A stretch of 64,000 nt of DNA from an uncultured Acidobacteriota bacterium. GTDB lineage: Bacteria; Acidobacteriota; Thermoanaerobaculia; UBA5066; Gp7-AA6. Positions 39,870-49,243 of the stretch are shown in pieces (positions within the stretch are counted from its first letter, which is position 1; every line of letters begins with the position of its first letter). The notes under the pieces are model-generated. The model worked only from the letters and a program-made list of their open reading frames with translations, did no database searches and was not told the origin of the DNA. A program made the position numbers and the translations under genes. Location: contig CAWJYL010000002.1 of NCBI GenBank assembly GCA_963847075.1, forward strand, positions 1,276,725 to 1,340,724, in the 5' to 3' direction.

Positions 39870-40445
39870 TCACGGAACGTGGGGCAGGTTGAACGCCACA
39901 CTCAGGAAGACCGCCATCTCCGCGTTCGTCGACCACCCGTTGGTGGGAGCCGGATTGCTCGGGTCGTGGTCCGGGCAGAACAGCTTCGGACTCGTGCTGC
40001 AGCCGGCCGTGATGCCCTCGTTGTAGAGCGCGTTGACCCACGGCGAGAACCCGTTCGAGCACGGCACGTCGTCGAAGATCGGCGTGACGCAGGCGGGCGG
40101 TACCCAACCCGACCCGTGCTTGCCGAGCAGGATGAAAACCGCCATCTGCTCGCGCGGAATCGGAGCGTCGGGGCAGTACAACCGCGGGCTCACGTTGCAG
40201 CCCGCCGTTATCCCATCGTCCACGAGACCCTGGATGTAGTCCGCGTTGAAGCTGCTGTAGAAGACGTCCTGGAATTCGGCCTGATAGACGGGCGGCGACG
40301 TGAGGGGCCCATGGACTGCCCGCTCGATGTAACCCGCCATGGCGGCACGGGTCACCAGCATGTTGGGACAGAAGTCGTAGAAGGAGCAGCCGCGCATGAT
40401 GCCCGCGCCGGCGGCGCCAGAGATGAAGTTCCACGCAAAGCCGCC
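39870..40445. repeat. duplicated block, copy 2 (3' end of surface-protein gene B)
   Basis: See copy 1. Confidence 0.75.
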
Positions 40446-43400
40446 CTGCGACACATCGTTGAAGAGGACAGTGAGATTGACCGGCACCGGCGCTATGGGA
40501 TACGGCGTGTCGGTCTTGACGAGCAGCTGGGCCTGCCGCAGACCTGGCAACAGGCCGGTCGCGTCGAACGTCGTCATCACCGGGAACGGATTGGTTCCAA
40601 CGCTCGCTGGCTGACCGCCGACCGACGCTGGAACCGTGCCGGATGTCGGCGACTCGCTGAGCCATGGAATCTCGGGAAGCACGCATGCACTGGACTCGCC
40701 CGAATCCACCTCGAGGACGCTCCCCGTGTTCTGGTCGACGAGCCAGAGATGGCCGTCGCAGCTCATGTCCATTCCCGCCAGCGTGGGGAACACCGGATTC
40801 CCGCCGCTCGTGATGTTGAACTCGTTGACCACTGCATAGCCGTTACGGGGGTCCAGAACCCACATGTCGATGGGCTCGAAAAAGACCGCGTCGTAGACGA
40901 ACAGGTGGCCCGTCGAGGGGTTGAAAGCAAGGCCCCCGATGAAGAGACCGACGTTTGCCGAGTCCAAGACGTTCCCGGCGCTGTCGATGTGGTAAATGAT
41001 TCCCTCGTTCCATCCGCCCACGTAGTACGTGTCCGTCAACGGGTCGTAAGCCACACCGCGCTGCGATGTCGCGGTCCAGGCAGACCCGCAGATCTTCTTC
41101 CCGGTAACCACTGCCGTGGTCGGATCCGACTCGTAGAGGCAATTGTCGCCGCCGACGTTGACGTTCCACATCATCCCCGTCCGGACGTTGTAGGTCCCGT
41201 CAGCCTGCCACTCGCCGCCCGTACTCGTGATGTCGATCGTGTTGCCGGTGGGCATTCCATCCGGAAGGTACTGGTGATCGAGGCCGTCGCCGAAGGAGGA
41301 GTCAGCCGGGGCATCCGGGCTTGTAACCCAGAGGTTGTTGGCGTCCGTGTTGTAGGCGACCCCAAACGGACTCGCCACGCCGGCCGCAAAGGAGCTGACC
41401 ACGTTCCCCGCCGTTCCAGCCGGAGGGTTGGCAAGAGGCTTCGCAGGCTTCGGCAGAGGCGACAGGCCCTTCGGGTCCCGAGCGTTCTGCCTGGCAAACG
41501 GAATCCTCTTGATGGCAGCCATGCGATCCAGCGCTGTTGCGAACGAGGGGTGGGGCGCCGAGGCCGCGGCTGAGGCCGGGGCGTTCAGCTCCTTGAGCGA
41601 AAAGGTCCCGGAGCCGGTGCCGCTGTTGCTCAGGTTGAGCGTCAGGCTCTGTATTCCACCGGGGTTCAAGACCATCGTCAGCGGCCGCGGGCTGGCGCCG
41701 AGCTTGCCTGCCAGAAGCGAGAAGTCGAGGCGCGTCACACCATTGGGAACGACCGTGACGTTCTTGGTGAGCGCAGCATAGCCGTCCTTCGAGGCTTCGA
41801 AGGACTGCGAACCGCTCCCGTTGAACAAGGTGTAGTAGCCGGCCCCCTGGCTGGGCGTCGTGGCCGTGGTCGCCTTGGGACTCCCCGGCTGCGGCAAATT
41901 TGCTACGGTTGCGCCGTTCAGGCCCGTTCCGGAATTCGAGTCGGTCACGGTGCCGACGATGAGACCGCCGGGCACCGGTGTGCAGCTCGTCGGGGCAATC
42001 TTCACGTTGTCCACCTGCCACCACCAGCCCCAGTAGCCCTGGAAGTGGAAGCGTGCCTTGACGTCGGGATGCCCGATCGCAAACGTCATGTCGGCGGTCT
42101 GGGTGCCCGGGCCGGGCACGCTCGAGCCGACGGCGCTCCAGACATTGGTCCAGTTCGCGCCGCCGTCGATGCTGACGTCGACCTGAGCGCTCGTCCCGAG
42201 GTCGATGTAGTCGTTGGCCCAGTTGATCACGGCATTCGGGAGGGTGGAGAGATCGACCGACTTCGTGATGAGAGACGAGTCGTCGTTCGCCAGGGGTTGA
42301 TTGCAATCCCCGTTCGAGTCGTTGCTATTGAGGAGTGCAAACGGTCCCGTCCCGCCCGTCCGGTTGCCCCCAAACTCGCCGCAGGGATCCGCACCCGTAT
42401 GAATCTCCCAGCCCGGACCGGACGGCGTGTCGATGGCCCAGCCGGGTGGAAGGGTGCCCGCATCGAAGCTCTCGTCCAGAACGGGCGTTCCGAGAGTGCC
42501 CGGAACGTAGCCGGGCGCGTTGCAGGCGCCTCCGGCTACGAGACTCCAGTTCACGACCACGGCTCCCGGCCCATTGCCGGGCGGGATCGACACGGTCACA
42601 GGCCCGCCTCCCGGCGCATAACCCGGGTTGACCGAGGTGACGACGAAGTCATAGGTGAGGCCAGCGACCAGGTTGGTTGAGTAGTATCCGGTCACCGGGT
42701 CCGTATAGATCGTCGCGCCCGGGAACCCTCCAGGCCCGGGTAGAATCTCGACCCTCGCGAACAGAGGCCAGCCCTGGCCCGAACCGTCCTTGACGACGCC
42801 ATTGACCGGTAGTGTCAGATTCAGCCCCAGAACGAAATCCTGCACCGTGTTCGCCCCCTCCGCGACCACGATCCCGGAGGCTGCTCCCGGCGTGTAGCCG
42901 TACTTCAAGGCGGTCATGTCATAAGAGCCGACCGGCACGCCCGCGAACTGATAGTTGCCAGACGCGTCGGTCGATCTCGAGTACGGTCCCGCGGTGACGA
43001 AAACGCCCGGGATCGGGTTCACTCCGTCAGTCACGGTTCCCGAGATGGATCCCGTGGCGACGGGGTTCGTGCAGCTCGGGAACTTGAACGAGGCAATGCG
43101 GGTCTTGAAGTCGAACGAACCAGTGGCCGCGTAGTACTGCTGCGCGTACCAGAAAGTACAGTCGTCGGTCGGATCGATCGACATCGAGCTGTAATCGCCC
43201 CAGCGGTTGAAGCTGGCCGTCTGGCTCCCCCCCCCGTTCAGAAAGACGTCCTCGGCTCCCATCGTTCCGAGGGTGTCTCCGGGGAGACGGCCCGTGATCG
43301 CGATCGACGGATAGATCGTGGTGTCCGATTTCGAGTAGCCGAGGGCCATGTCGCCGCTTGCGTCCTGGGCGATCGAGCCCATCCAGCGATAGCTCGAGTC

Positions 43401-44678
43401 CGGGGCGTAGGTACTCTCCTGATAGAGCGTAGGCGTTGGGCCCGGGTTCCGGATCTCGAACCATCGGATCGCCGCTGGCCCGTCGGCCGTGCCGACGGTG
43501 AAGTTGCCGACGAGCGCCTCATGGTCGCCGAAGTTGCGGTACGGGAGCCGGAACATCATGTCGCCGACGAGCGTCTCGAGCAGCTCCGTCGAGCCGAGCT
43601 GCGGAACGCACTGGTCGCGGAAATTGGCGCAAACGGGAACGATGAACGAAGAGACCGGAATCGCGATCGGGCCTGTCATCGTGCTGTTGGCCGGCACCGC
43701 CCAGTCGACGTGGAACTCGAACATGTGAAGGGTCGACGTGTCGTACCAGTCGAGCAGATAGTTTGGAGCTCCCACCGGGGGCGGCGTCATGCCGTCGAGG
43801 TCCGAAGGCAAGAGTCCCCCTTCGGAGTCTCCGAGGCTGAATCCGATGGACGCGGCCGCGCTGCCCACGAGCATCTTGCTGCGGTCGAAGGCGAACGCCA
43901 GTCCCTCGAATCCGCCAGCGTCCGGAAACCCGTTGAAGGTGACGTAGTAGCCGTCGGGCCAGATTCCCAGCTTGGGGTAGTCGTTGAAGACATTCGGGCT
44001 GATCAGGAAGTCGTACGCATAGTAGGCGCCGGTCGGGTCGCCCGTCGCAGAAACCGCGATGCATTGGTCGTAGGACGTCCCCGTGACCGAGAACTGAGTA
44101 AGGACCCATCGGTCGGCAAACTTGTCGTATTTCGCGACCGGGTCGCCGTTGTTGGTGTTCTTGCAGTTTCCCGGAAGGCTCTGCCACAGCGAGTTGCCCG
44201 GCAATGGCCCCATGACGAGCGTTCCGGTCTTATCGTAGACCGCCCAGATCCCGTTGATGTACTCGACGTAGTGGTTCGGACCGACATCGCCGTTGGTGTC
44301 GGGCGGGACGAAACGGGTGCCAACCGTGACCGCGTTGTCATCGTCCGAAAGCCCTTCGAACTGGCCTACTTCATCGGGTTGGGACTTCCCGAATTGCTTC
44401 TGGACGACCGGATCCGCGACCGGCGCCGAACCGGACCTCTTCTTCGGGACGATGTCGTTCCTGACCTGCATCTTCGCGACCGGACTGACGGGACCAACGA
44501 ACCTGAAATCGCGCATCGGCGTCGTAATCACGTGCGCGACGTCGGAGCCGACCGACGGCGTTCGATTGACGGATGGCGCCACCTGCTCGCTCGCGAGGAG
44601 GGAAGTCGCAACGAGAGAGAGACCGATACCAACGGAGACAAACGAAACCGAGAGCCTTGTCGCCGAGTTCCGGTGCAT
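39870..44678 (-). CDS. giant secreted surface protein B: signal peptide, ~500-aa unassigned N-terminal domain, CarbopepD_reg-like and MAM-like domains, beta-propeller-like region, three C-terminal SLH-like domains
   Basis: 1602 aa. ATG with GGAGG. Signal peptide MHRNSATRLSVSFVSVGIGLSLVATSLLA. C-terminal 105 aa nearly identical to protein A. Confidence 0.7.
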   Translation of the reverse strand: MHRNSATRLSVSFVSVGIGLSLVATSLLASEQVAPSVNRTPSVGSDVAHVITTPMRDFRFVGPVSPVAKMQVRNDIVPKKRSGSAPVADPVVQKQFGKSQPDEVGQFEGLSDDDNAVTVGTRFVPPDTNGDVGPNHYVEYINGIWAVYDKTGTLVMGPLPGNSLWQSLPGNCKNTNNGDPVAKYDKFADRWVLTQFSVTGTSYDQCIAVSATGDPTGAYYAYDFLISPNVFNDYPKLGIWPDGYYVTFNGFPDAGGFEGLAFAFDRSKMLVGSAAASIGFSLGDSEGGLLPSDLDGMTPPPVGAPNYLLDWYDTSTLHMFEFHVDWAVPANSTMTGPIAIPVSSFIVPVCANFRDQCVPQLGSTELLETLVGDMMFRLPYRNFGDHEALVGNFTVGTADGPAAIRWFEIRNPGPTPTLYQESTYAPDSSYRWMGSIAQDASGDMALGYSKSDTTIYPSIAITGRLPGDTLGTMGAEDVFLNGGGSQTASFNRWGDYSSMSIDPTDDCTFWYAQQYYAATGSFDFKTRIASFKFPSCTNPVATGSISGTVTDGVNPIPGVFVTAGPYSRSTDASGNYQFAGVPVGSYDMTALKYGYTPGAASGIVVAEGANTVQDFVLGLNLTLPVNGVVKDGSGQGWPLFARVEILPGPGGFPGATIYTDPVTGYYSTNLVAGLTYDFVVTSVNPGYAPGGGPVTVSIPPGNGPGAVVVNWSLVAGGACNAPGYVPGTLGTPVLDESFDAGTLPPGWAIDTPSGPGWEIHTGADPCGEFGGNRTGGTGPFALLNSNDSNGDCNQPLANDDSSLITKSVDLSTLPNAVINWANDYIDLGTSAQVDVSIDGGANWTNVWSAVGSSVPGPGTQTADMTFAIGHPDVKARFHFQGYWGWWWQVDNVKIAPTSCTPVPGGLIVGTVTDSNSGTGLNGATVANLPQPGSPKATTATTPSQGAGYYTLFNGSGSQSFEASKDGYAALTKNVTVVPNGVTRLDFSLLAGKLGASPRPLTMVLNPGGIQSLTLNLSNSGTGSGTFSLKELNAPASAAASAPHPSFATALDRMAAIKRIPFARQNARDPKGLSPLPKPAKPLANPPAGTAGNVVSSFAAGVASPFGVAYNTDANNLWVTSPDAPADSSFGDGLDHQYLPDGMPTGNTIDITSTGGEWQADGTYNVRTGMMWNVNVGGDNCLYESDPTTAVVTGKKICGSAWTATSQRGVAYDPLTDTYYVGGWNEGIIYHIDSAGNVLDSANVGLFIGGLAFNPSTGHLFVYDAVFFEPIDMWVLDPRNGYAVVNEFNITSGGNPVFPTLAGMDMSCDGHLWLVDQNTGSVLEVDSGESSACVLPEIPWLSESPTSGTVPASVGGQPASVGTNPFPVMTTFDATGLLPGLRQAQLLVKTDTPYPIAPVPVNLTVLFNDVSQGGFAWNFISGAAGAGIMRGCSFYDFCPNMLVTRAAMAGYIERAVHGPLTSPPVYQAEFQDVFYSSFNADYIQGLVDDGITAGCNVSPRLYCPDAPIPREQMAVFILLGKHGSGWVPPACVTPIFDDVPCSNGFSPWVNALYNEGITAGCSTSPKLFCPDHDPSNPAPTNGWSTNAEMAVFLSVAFNLPHVP

Positions 44679-44949
44679 GCAGAACCTCCGTTGGGGAATA
44701 CAATGAAGAAGCCAGAAGCTGCGACTAGATCACCCGTCAAGTTTTAGTGTCAATAGGAAACGTCGGCGGCAGCTTTCGTGCACAGGCACTTGTGCACCAC
44801 CTGACCGAAGAGCCGATGGGCCGGAAGCAAGAGTCGGAACCGTTCATTGATGCGGCACGCCTTCAACGAACAGAGGGGCGCCCACAATCGCCGGCACAAT
44901 ACAAGCCTTCTGGAAATATGGACGAATCCGGCTCCCGCCTCCCGCAGGC

Positions 44950-46932
44950 CTACGGCAAGGGCAGCGCGAAGGTCGTCGTCAGGAAAACCGCCATTTCGGC
45001 ACGCGAGACCGGCGCGTTAGGACAGAACTTCCCGCTTCCGCAGCCCGCCGCGATCCCGCGATGGTAGAGGTCCTCGATGAAGTCGACGGCGAAACCGCCA
45101 GGGCACGGCACGTCCGAAAACACCGGACTCCCCGGCTTGCAAGCTGGCGGTACGTAGCCCGGGTCGCGCATGCTCAACAGGAAGACGGCCATTTGCGCCC
45201 GGGTGACCGGGTCGCCCGAGCCGTAGGTGCCGTTCGGGTAACCGGCGGTGATCCCCCGATGGTAGAGGTCTTCGATGAAGTTCACGGCGAAGCCGCCAGG
45301 ACAGGGGACGTCCGAAAAGACGGGACTACCCGGGACGCAGGCCGGCGGAGCGTAGGTCGAGCCCTGGCTCGCGACGAGCAGCAAGACCGCCGTCTGGGCC
45401 CTCGTCGCAATTCCGTCCGGGCAGAACAGGCGGAGATCGCAACCCGCGGTAACGCCGGCGTCGTGGACCGCCTGGATGAACTTGAAAGCCCAGTAGCCGT
45501 TCGGCACGTCGAGGAACGTGGGATTGATGTCGAGCGTCCCGGGGGCGGAGGTGCCTCCACCGGGCGCCGGATTGAAGACCGTAGCGGCGGCGCTGCCTGC
45601 CGCCGCGATGTCGCTTGCCGGCACGGCGGCCGTCAGCTTTGCGGCCGAGACGAAGGTGGTCGGACGGTCGGAGCCGTTGATGCGCACCACCGACTCCGCA
45701 ACGAAGCCGGCCCCGTTGACCGTCAGGGTGAAGGCCGGGTCGCCCGCAATCACGGAGGCGGGCGAGATGCTCGAGATCGAAGGCTGCGGCAGCGCCGTCG
45801 CGTCGAGGCGGTAGATCTTTCCGCCGAGGTTTGCGACATAGAGCTCGCCCGCTTCGTCCTCGCCGAAGCTCGAGACCGAGAGGGAGGTTGCGAGCAGGAG
45901 CGACGTGGTCCAGCTCCCGCCAGCCCCTGCGGTGGCAGCGTAGAGGTCACCGAGGCAGGAATCGGAGTAGACGTAGTCTCCATAGAGGGACGGGATCGCC
46001 GAGCCGCGGTAGCGCAGGCCACCGATGATCGCGCACCAACCGCCGTTTGGTGAATTGTGATTGTGCTCGAGGATGGGGAGGGTCAGGCTTCCATCGTTGC
46101 AGTTGTTCGAGGGGTTGTAACAGTGGAGGCCTTCCATCATCCGCCAGCCGTAGTTCTCGCCGCCGGTCGACGTCACGGGCTGAAAGTCGATCTCCTCATA
46201 GAGGTTCTGGCCCACGTCGCCGATGAAGAGGTCGCCCGTGACGCGGTCGAACGCGAAACGCCACGGATTGCGCAGGCCGTACGCCCAGATCTCCTTGCAG
46301 TCGGTGTCGCTGCCGGCGAAGGGGTTCGACGCCGGGATGGCGTAAGGTTTCGCTCCGGTCTGCCCGCACGGCACCGCGCCGGTCCCATCGACGTCCAGGC
46401 GGAGCATCTTGCCGAGCAGCACCGAGAGCGTCTGCGCGTTGTTCGGCGGATCGCCGCCCGAGCCGCCGTCTCCGGTGCCGACGTAAAGATAACCGTCGGT
46501 CGGGCTGAAGTAGAGCTGCCCGCCGTTGTGATTCGCGTTGGTCGGGTGCGGCACGACGAGAACGATCTGCGCCGACGCGGGGTCGGCCACGTCCGGGTTC
46601 GCGGAGACGTGGTACCGCGCGATCGTGATGTCGCCGGGACTCACCAGCGTGTTGACGTAGTAGACGTAGAAGTAGCCATTCGAGGCGTACTTCGGGTGGA
46701 AGGCGACCGAGAGCAAGCCCTGCTCGCCGCAGCAGGTCACGAGCCCCGAGATGTCGAGAAACGGCGTCGCAAGAAGCGCGCCGTTCTTGTAGATACGGAT
46801 CGTGCCTGCTTGCTCGACGACGAAGAGCCGGCCCGAGCCGTCCCCCGCGTTGGCGATGTGGACCGGCGACGAGAGGGTGCCCGGCATCTGCGTGAGTACG
46901 ACCGAGGGAAGAGCGCGGAGATCCGACGGCAA
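44950..46932 (-). CDS. glucose/sorbosone dehydrogenase (GSDH, PQQ-type beta-propeller) fused to an IPT/TIG domain and three SLH-like domains
   Basis: GSDH motifs ([53 protein letters not shown]). TIG domain [11 protein letters not shown]...TLTVNGAGF. Three [11 protein letters not shown]...GITAG...[12 protein letters not shown] repeats. The annotated TTG start lacks a signal peptide; see the finding on an upstream frame problem. Confidence 0.7.
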   Translation of the reverse strand: MPSDLRALPSVVLTQMPGTLSSPVHIANAGDGSGRLFVVEQAGTIRIYKNGALLATPFLDISGLVTCCGEQGLLSVAFHPKYASNGYFYVYYVNTLVSPGDITIARYHVSANPDVADPASAQIVLVVPHPTNANHNGGQLYFSPTDGYLYVGTGDGGSGGDPPNNAQTLSVLLGKMLRLDVDGTGAVPCGQTGAKPYAIPASNPFAGSDTDCKEIWAYGLRNPWRFAFDRVTGDLFIGDVGQNLYEEIDFQPVTSTGGENYGWRMMEGLHCYNPSNNCNDGSLTLPILEHNHNSPNGGWCAIIGGLRYRGSAIPSLYGDYVYSDSCLGDLYAATAGAGGSWTTSLLLATSLSVSSFGEDEAGELYVANLGGKIYRLDATALPQPSISSISPASVIAGDPAFTLTVNGAGFVAESVVRINGSDRPTTFVSAAKLTAAVPASDIAAAGSAAATVFNPAPGGGTSAPGTLDINPTFLDVPNGYWAFKFIQAVHDAGVTAGCDLRLFCPDGIATRAQTAVLLLVASQGSTYAPPACVPGSPVFSDVPCPGGFAVNFIEDLYHRGITAGYPNGTYGSGDPVTRAQMAVFLLSMRDPGYVPPACKPGSPVFSDVPCPGGFAVDFIEDLYHRGIAAGCGSGKFCPNAPVSRAEMAVFLTTTFALPLP

Positions 46933-47135
46933 GAGAGCGCAGACGGCAAAGACACCGAGGACGAGGCGAGAGACACGTCGCGCGATCGAGCGGGCTTCCT
47001 CGAATTTTCATGATGCGCTCGATTGTAGGGTGCGGCTCCGCTCGGCGGAGGCGCTTCTACTTACGTTAATGTGAGGCGACGGTGATCGCGCTCACACTCG
47101 GCGCGGGAGAGAAAGTCGGGTCCCGCAGCGGCGCT

Positions 47136-47153
47136 CCTGTTCGCGCGAACAGG
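47136..47153. promoter_or_regulatory. perfect 18-bp palindrome cctgttcgcgcgaacagg in the 485-bp region upstream of the SLH-protein gene cluster
   Basis: Seen directly in sequence. Candidate operator. Confidence 0.3.
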
Positions 47154-47497
47154 CGACGGCTGTAACGACGACCGATCCCCTGTTCTTTTGTGCCGCTCCG
47201 CGCCTTTTGAGGACCGAGGCGCGTGCCGGCAGGAAGCGCCGCGGCGAGCAGCCGGTGCGCAGACGGCCGTTCTTGAATCCGGTTTTCCACTTTCTTCGAT
47301 CCCGGCGCGACTATGTATATCGGCGCCACGGTCCTCCCCGGCGCGAAGGTGCGTGCCCGGTCGCGGCGGGAGGCGCCCGAGCGGCAAAGCCGACGTGCTG
47401 CTTGCCGTTGACGCGCGACGTGGAGCTGCGCATCATGCGGTGTTGCGCGAAGCTAATGCATTGCCGAGCGGAGGCGGTCCGTCGGTCTACCGGGTCT

Positions 47498-47746
47498 CTA
47501 TTTAGTCGCCGACGAGTCCAGCATGCGAACGATCAAGCGAACACTGTCGAAATTGTTCGCGTCGAAGCCTTCCGCCGCGAAGTCGAAGCCGAGCTCTTCC
47601 TCGAGTCCGACGACGAGATCGAGCACATCGATCGACGCCAGGCGCCCACTCATGATGAAAGAGTCCTCGTCGGCGAATCCCGCCGTGTCGCCTTTGGCCG
47701 AAAGAACCTTCGCCACCAGTTTCCGTACCACAGCGGCTTTGTCCAT
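47498..47746 (-). CDS. acyl/D-alanyl carrier protein-like (phosphopantetheine-binding)
   Basis: 82 aa: MDKAAVVRKLVAKVL...FIMSGRLASIDVLDLVVGLEEELGF (Ser in a DSL-type motif). 4 nt downstream of the MBOAT gene. Confidence 0.6.
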   Translation of the reverse strand: MDKAAVVRKLVAKVLSAKGDTAGFADEDSFIMSGRLASIDVLDLVVGLEEELGFDFAAEGFDANNFDSVRLIVRMLDSSATK

Positions 47747-47750
47747 GGAT

Positions 47751-49139
47751 CTACTGTAGACGAATCCCGAAAAGATGGAACAGGAACCGGAAGGAGTCTC
47801 CGAATCCATTTTCCGGGCCAGCGCTCTCGAAAACCACCAGGAGACAGTAGAAGAGCCAGACTCCCGCCACCGGCATCACCCGGCCTCCGAAGGCTTCGCT
47901 CCGGTCCAGGGAACGACGCCGGCCTCGCAGCTGGGACACCGCGATGCCCGCGGCCATGACGAGGTTGACGAAGACATGCACCCGCATGCCCAGCAGGGCT
48001 TTCCAGAAACCGAGCTCGATGACGTGCTGGGGGTAGGAGAAGAATTGGTACATGCTGTTGCCCAGGCCGACCGCGGCGAAAGTGGCGGCAACGACTCGCA
48101 GCCGGGGGTGGCGCCTGAAATATCGCACGAACGTCGGATAGAAAAAGCAGTCCACGAGAAGTTCCTTGTAGTAGTAGTACCAGCGGTTCCAGAAGTCCCC
48201 GATCGTTCGCGCCTGCAGGGGCCTGCACGTGTTCCGGAGCGCCCGAAAGCCCGCCATCCTGCAGATCGCCACGACGAAACCGCCCCGAATCGAGAGGCCG
48301 AGTACATCGCCGAGGAACTGCGAGACCAGACTCGCCCAGCACATGTACCAGGGAAGCGGCTGGCCCAAGACGCTCCGGCGGAACGTTGCGTACAAATACG
48401 GCACGGCAAAGCGAGACAGAGGTCCGAGTCCGAGGGCCCTGAGGGGCGCCGCCAGGTGGGCGGCCTGGCCCGTCACTTGGCCGTGGACGAACAGGTGGAA
48501 CAACTGCTGCGTCACGAGCAGCACCAGGGACCAGGCCAGGAGCTTGATGGCTTTGAGCTGGCAAACGGCCAGATCTTCTGGCGACTTCGCCTCGATCTTT
48601 CTCAGATAGGCGGCGCCCTTGACGAAGGGAGTGGGCGCATCGGTGACCGTCCAGAACGGCAAAAACGTGCCGACTTGAAGAGGGACCGGATCCCGGTCGG
48701 GCGAGTTTCGATCGAGCAGCGCGTAGCTGAAACACCAGAGGTAGCCTGCGCCAGCGGCGACGAAGGCCCAGGCGACGACGCGCCAGAGACCCGACAGAGG
48801 GGCGAGAGAGGTGCACAAAACGAGAGCGGTATATGAGAGATACAGGGTCAACAGAGGTCGCCGCACAAGCAGAGAAGAACCTCCACGATTGATGATTCGT
48901 AACCCGACAGTGAAGAGGGCCAGCATGACCAGAAGAACGACCCGGTAGACGAAGGAAGCGTTCAGCGTCCCCAGCCCCTCCTGTTTGATCGCGTCTCCGA
49001 CGATGTCGGTACGGTTCCAGATCGGATGCGCGATTATCCAGTAGACGACGCTGAGGCTCAGCAGGGTCCTCCGACGGCTCGGGAAGAGCATGATCAGGCC
49101 GAGAACGGCAAGGATCTCGAAAAACTCCGGGAACCGCAT
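47751..49139 (-). CDS. MBOAT-family membrane O-acyltransferase (DltB/AlgI-like)
   Basis: Polytopic. MBOAT signature region DFWNRWYYYYKELLVDCFFYPTFVRYF, with Tyr where the catalytic His of FWxRWH is expected. Start at the ATG (MRFPEFFEIL); an alternative GTG lies at 49208. Confidence 0.6.
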   Translation of the reverse strand: MRFPEFFEILAVLGLIMLFPSRRRTLLSLSVVYWIIAHPIWNRTDIVGDAIKQEGLGTLNASFVYRVVLLVMLALFTVGLRIINRGGSSLLVRRPLLTLYLSYTALVLCTSLAPLSGLWRVVAWAFVAAGAGYLWCFSYALLDRNSPDRDPVPLQVGTFLPFWTVTDAPTPFVKGAAYLRKIEAKSPEDLAVCQLKAIKLLAWSLVLLVTQQLFHLFVHGQVTGQAAHLAAPLRALGLGPLSRFAVPYLYATFRRSVLGQPLPWYMCWASLVSQFLGDVLGLSIRGGFVVAICRMAGFRALRNTCRPLQARTIGDFWNRWYYYYKELLVDCFFYPTFVRYFRRHPRLRVVAATFAAVGLGNSMYQFFSYPQHVIELGFWKALLGMRVHVFVNLVMAAGIAVSQLRGRRRSLDRSEAFGGRVMPVAGVWLFYCLLVVFESAGPENGFGDSFRFLFHLFGIRLQ

Positions 49140-49243
49140 GGTAGCGAGCAACGCGGCAAAAACAGCCAGGGCCGCCGCCTTGCCCGCCGGTGTTTGCACA
49201 AAGGCCACGATTCGGGGATCGCGGTCGATCCGAGGAATGATCC

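Noticed and set aside
36685-40686. Single 1333-aa ORF that appears to fuse surface proteins A and B.
   Set aside because: The apparent N-terminal 285 codons are an alternate-frame reading of the duplicated 3' block of gene B. The real gene A starts at the RBS-preceded ATG at 39831 with a signal peptide.
49139-49208. Alternative GTG start (49208) for the MBOAT gene, giving an extra N-terminal helix MAFVQTPAGKAAALAVFAALLAT.
   Set aside because: Neither candidate has a Shine-Dalgarno sequence. The ATG at 49139 was kept as the conservative call, and the longer form cannot be excluded.
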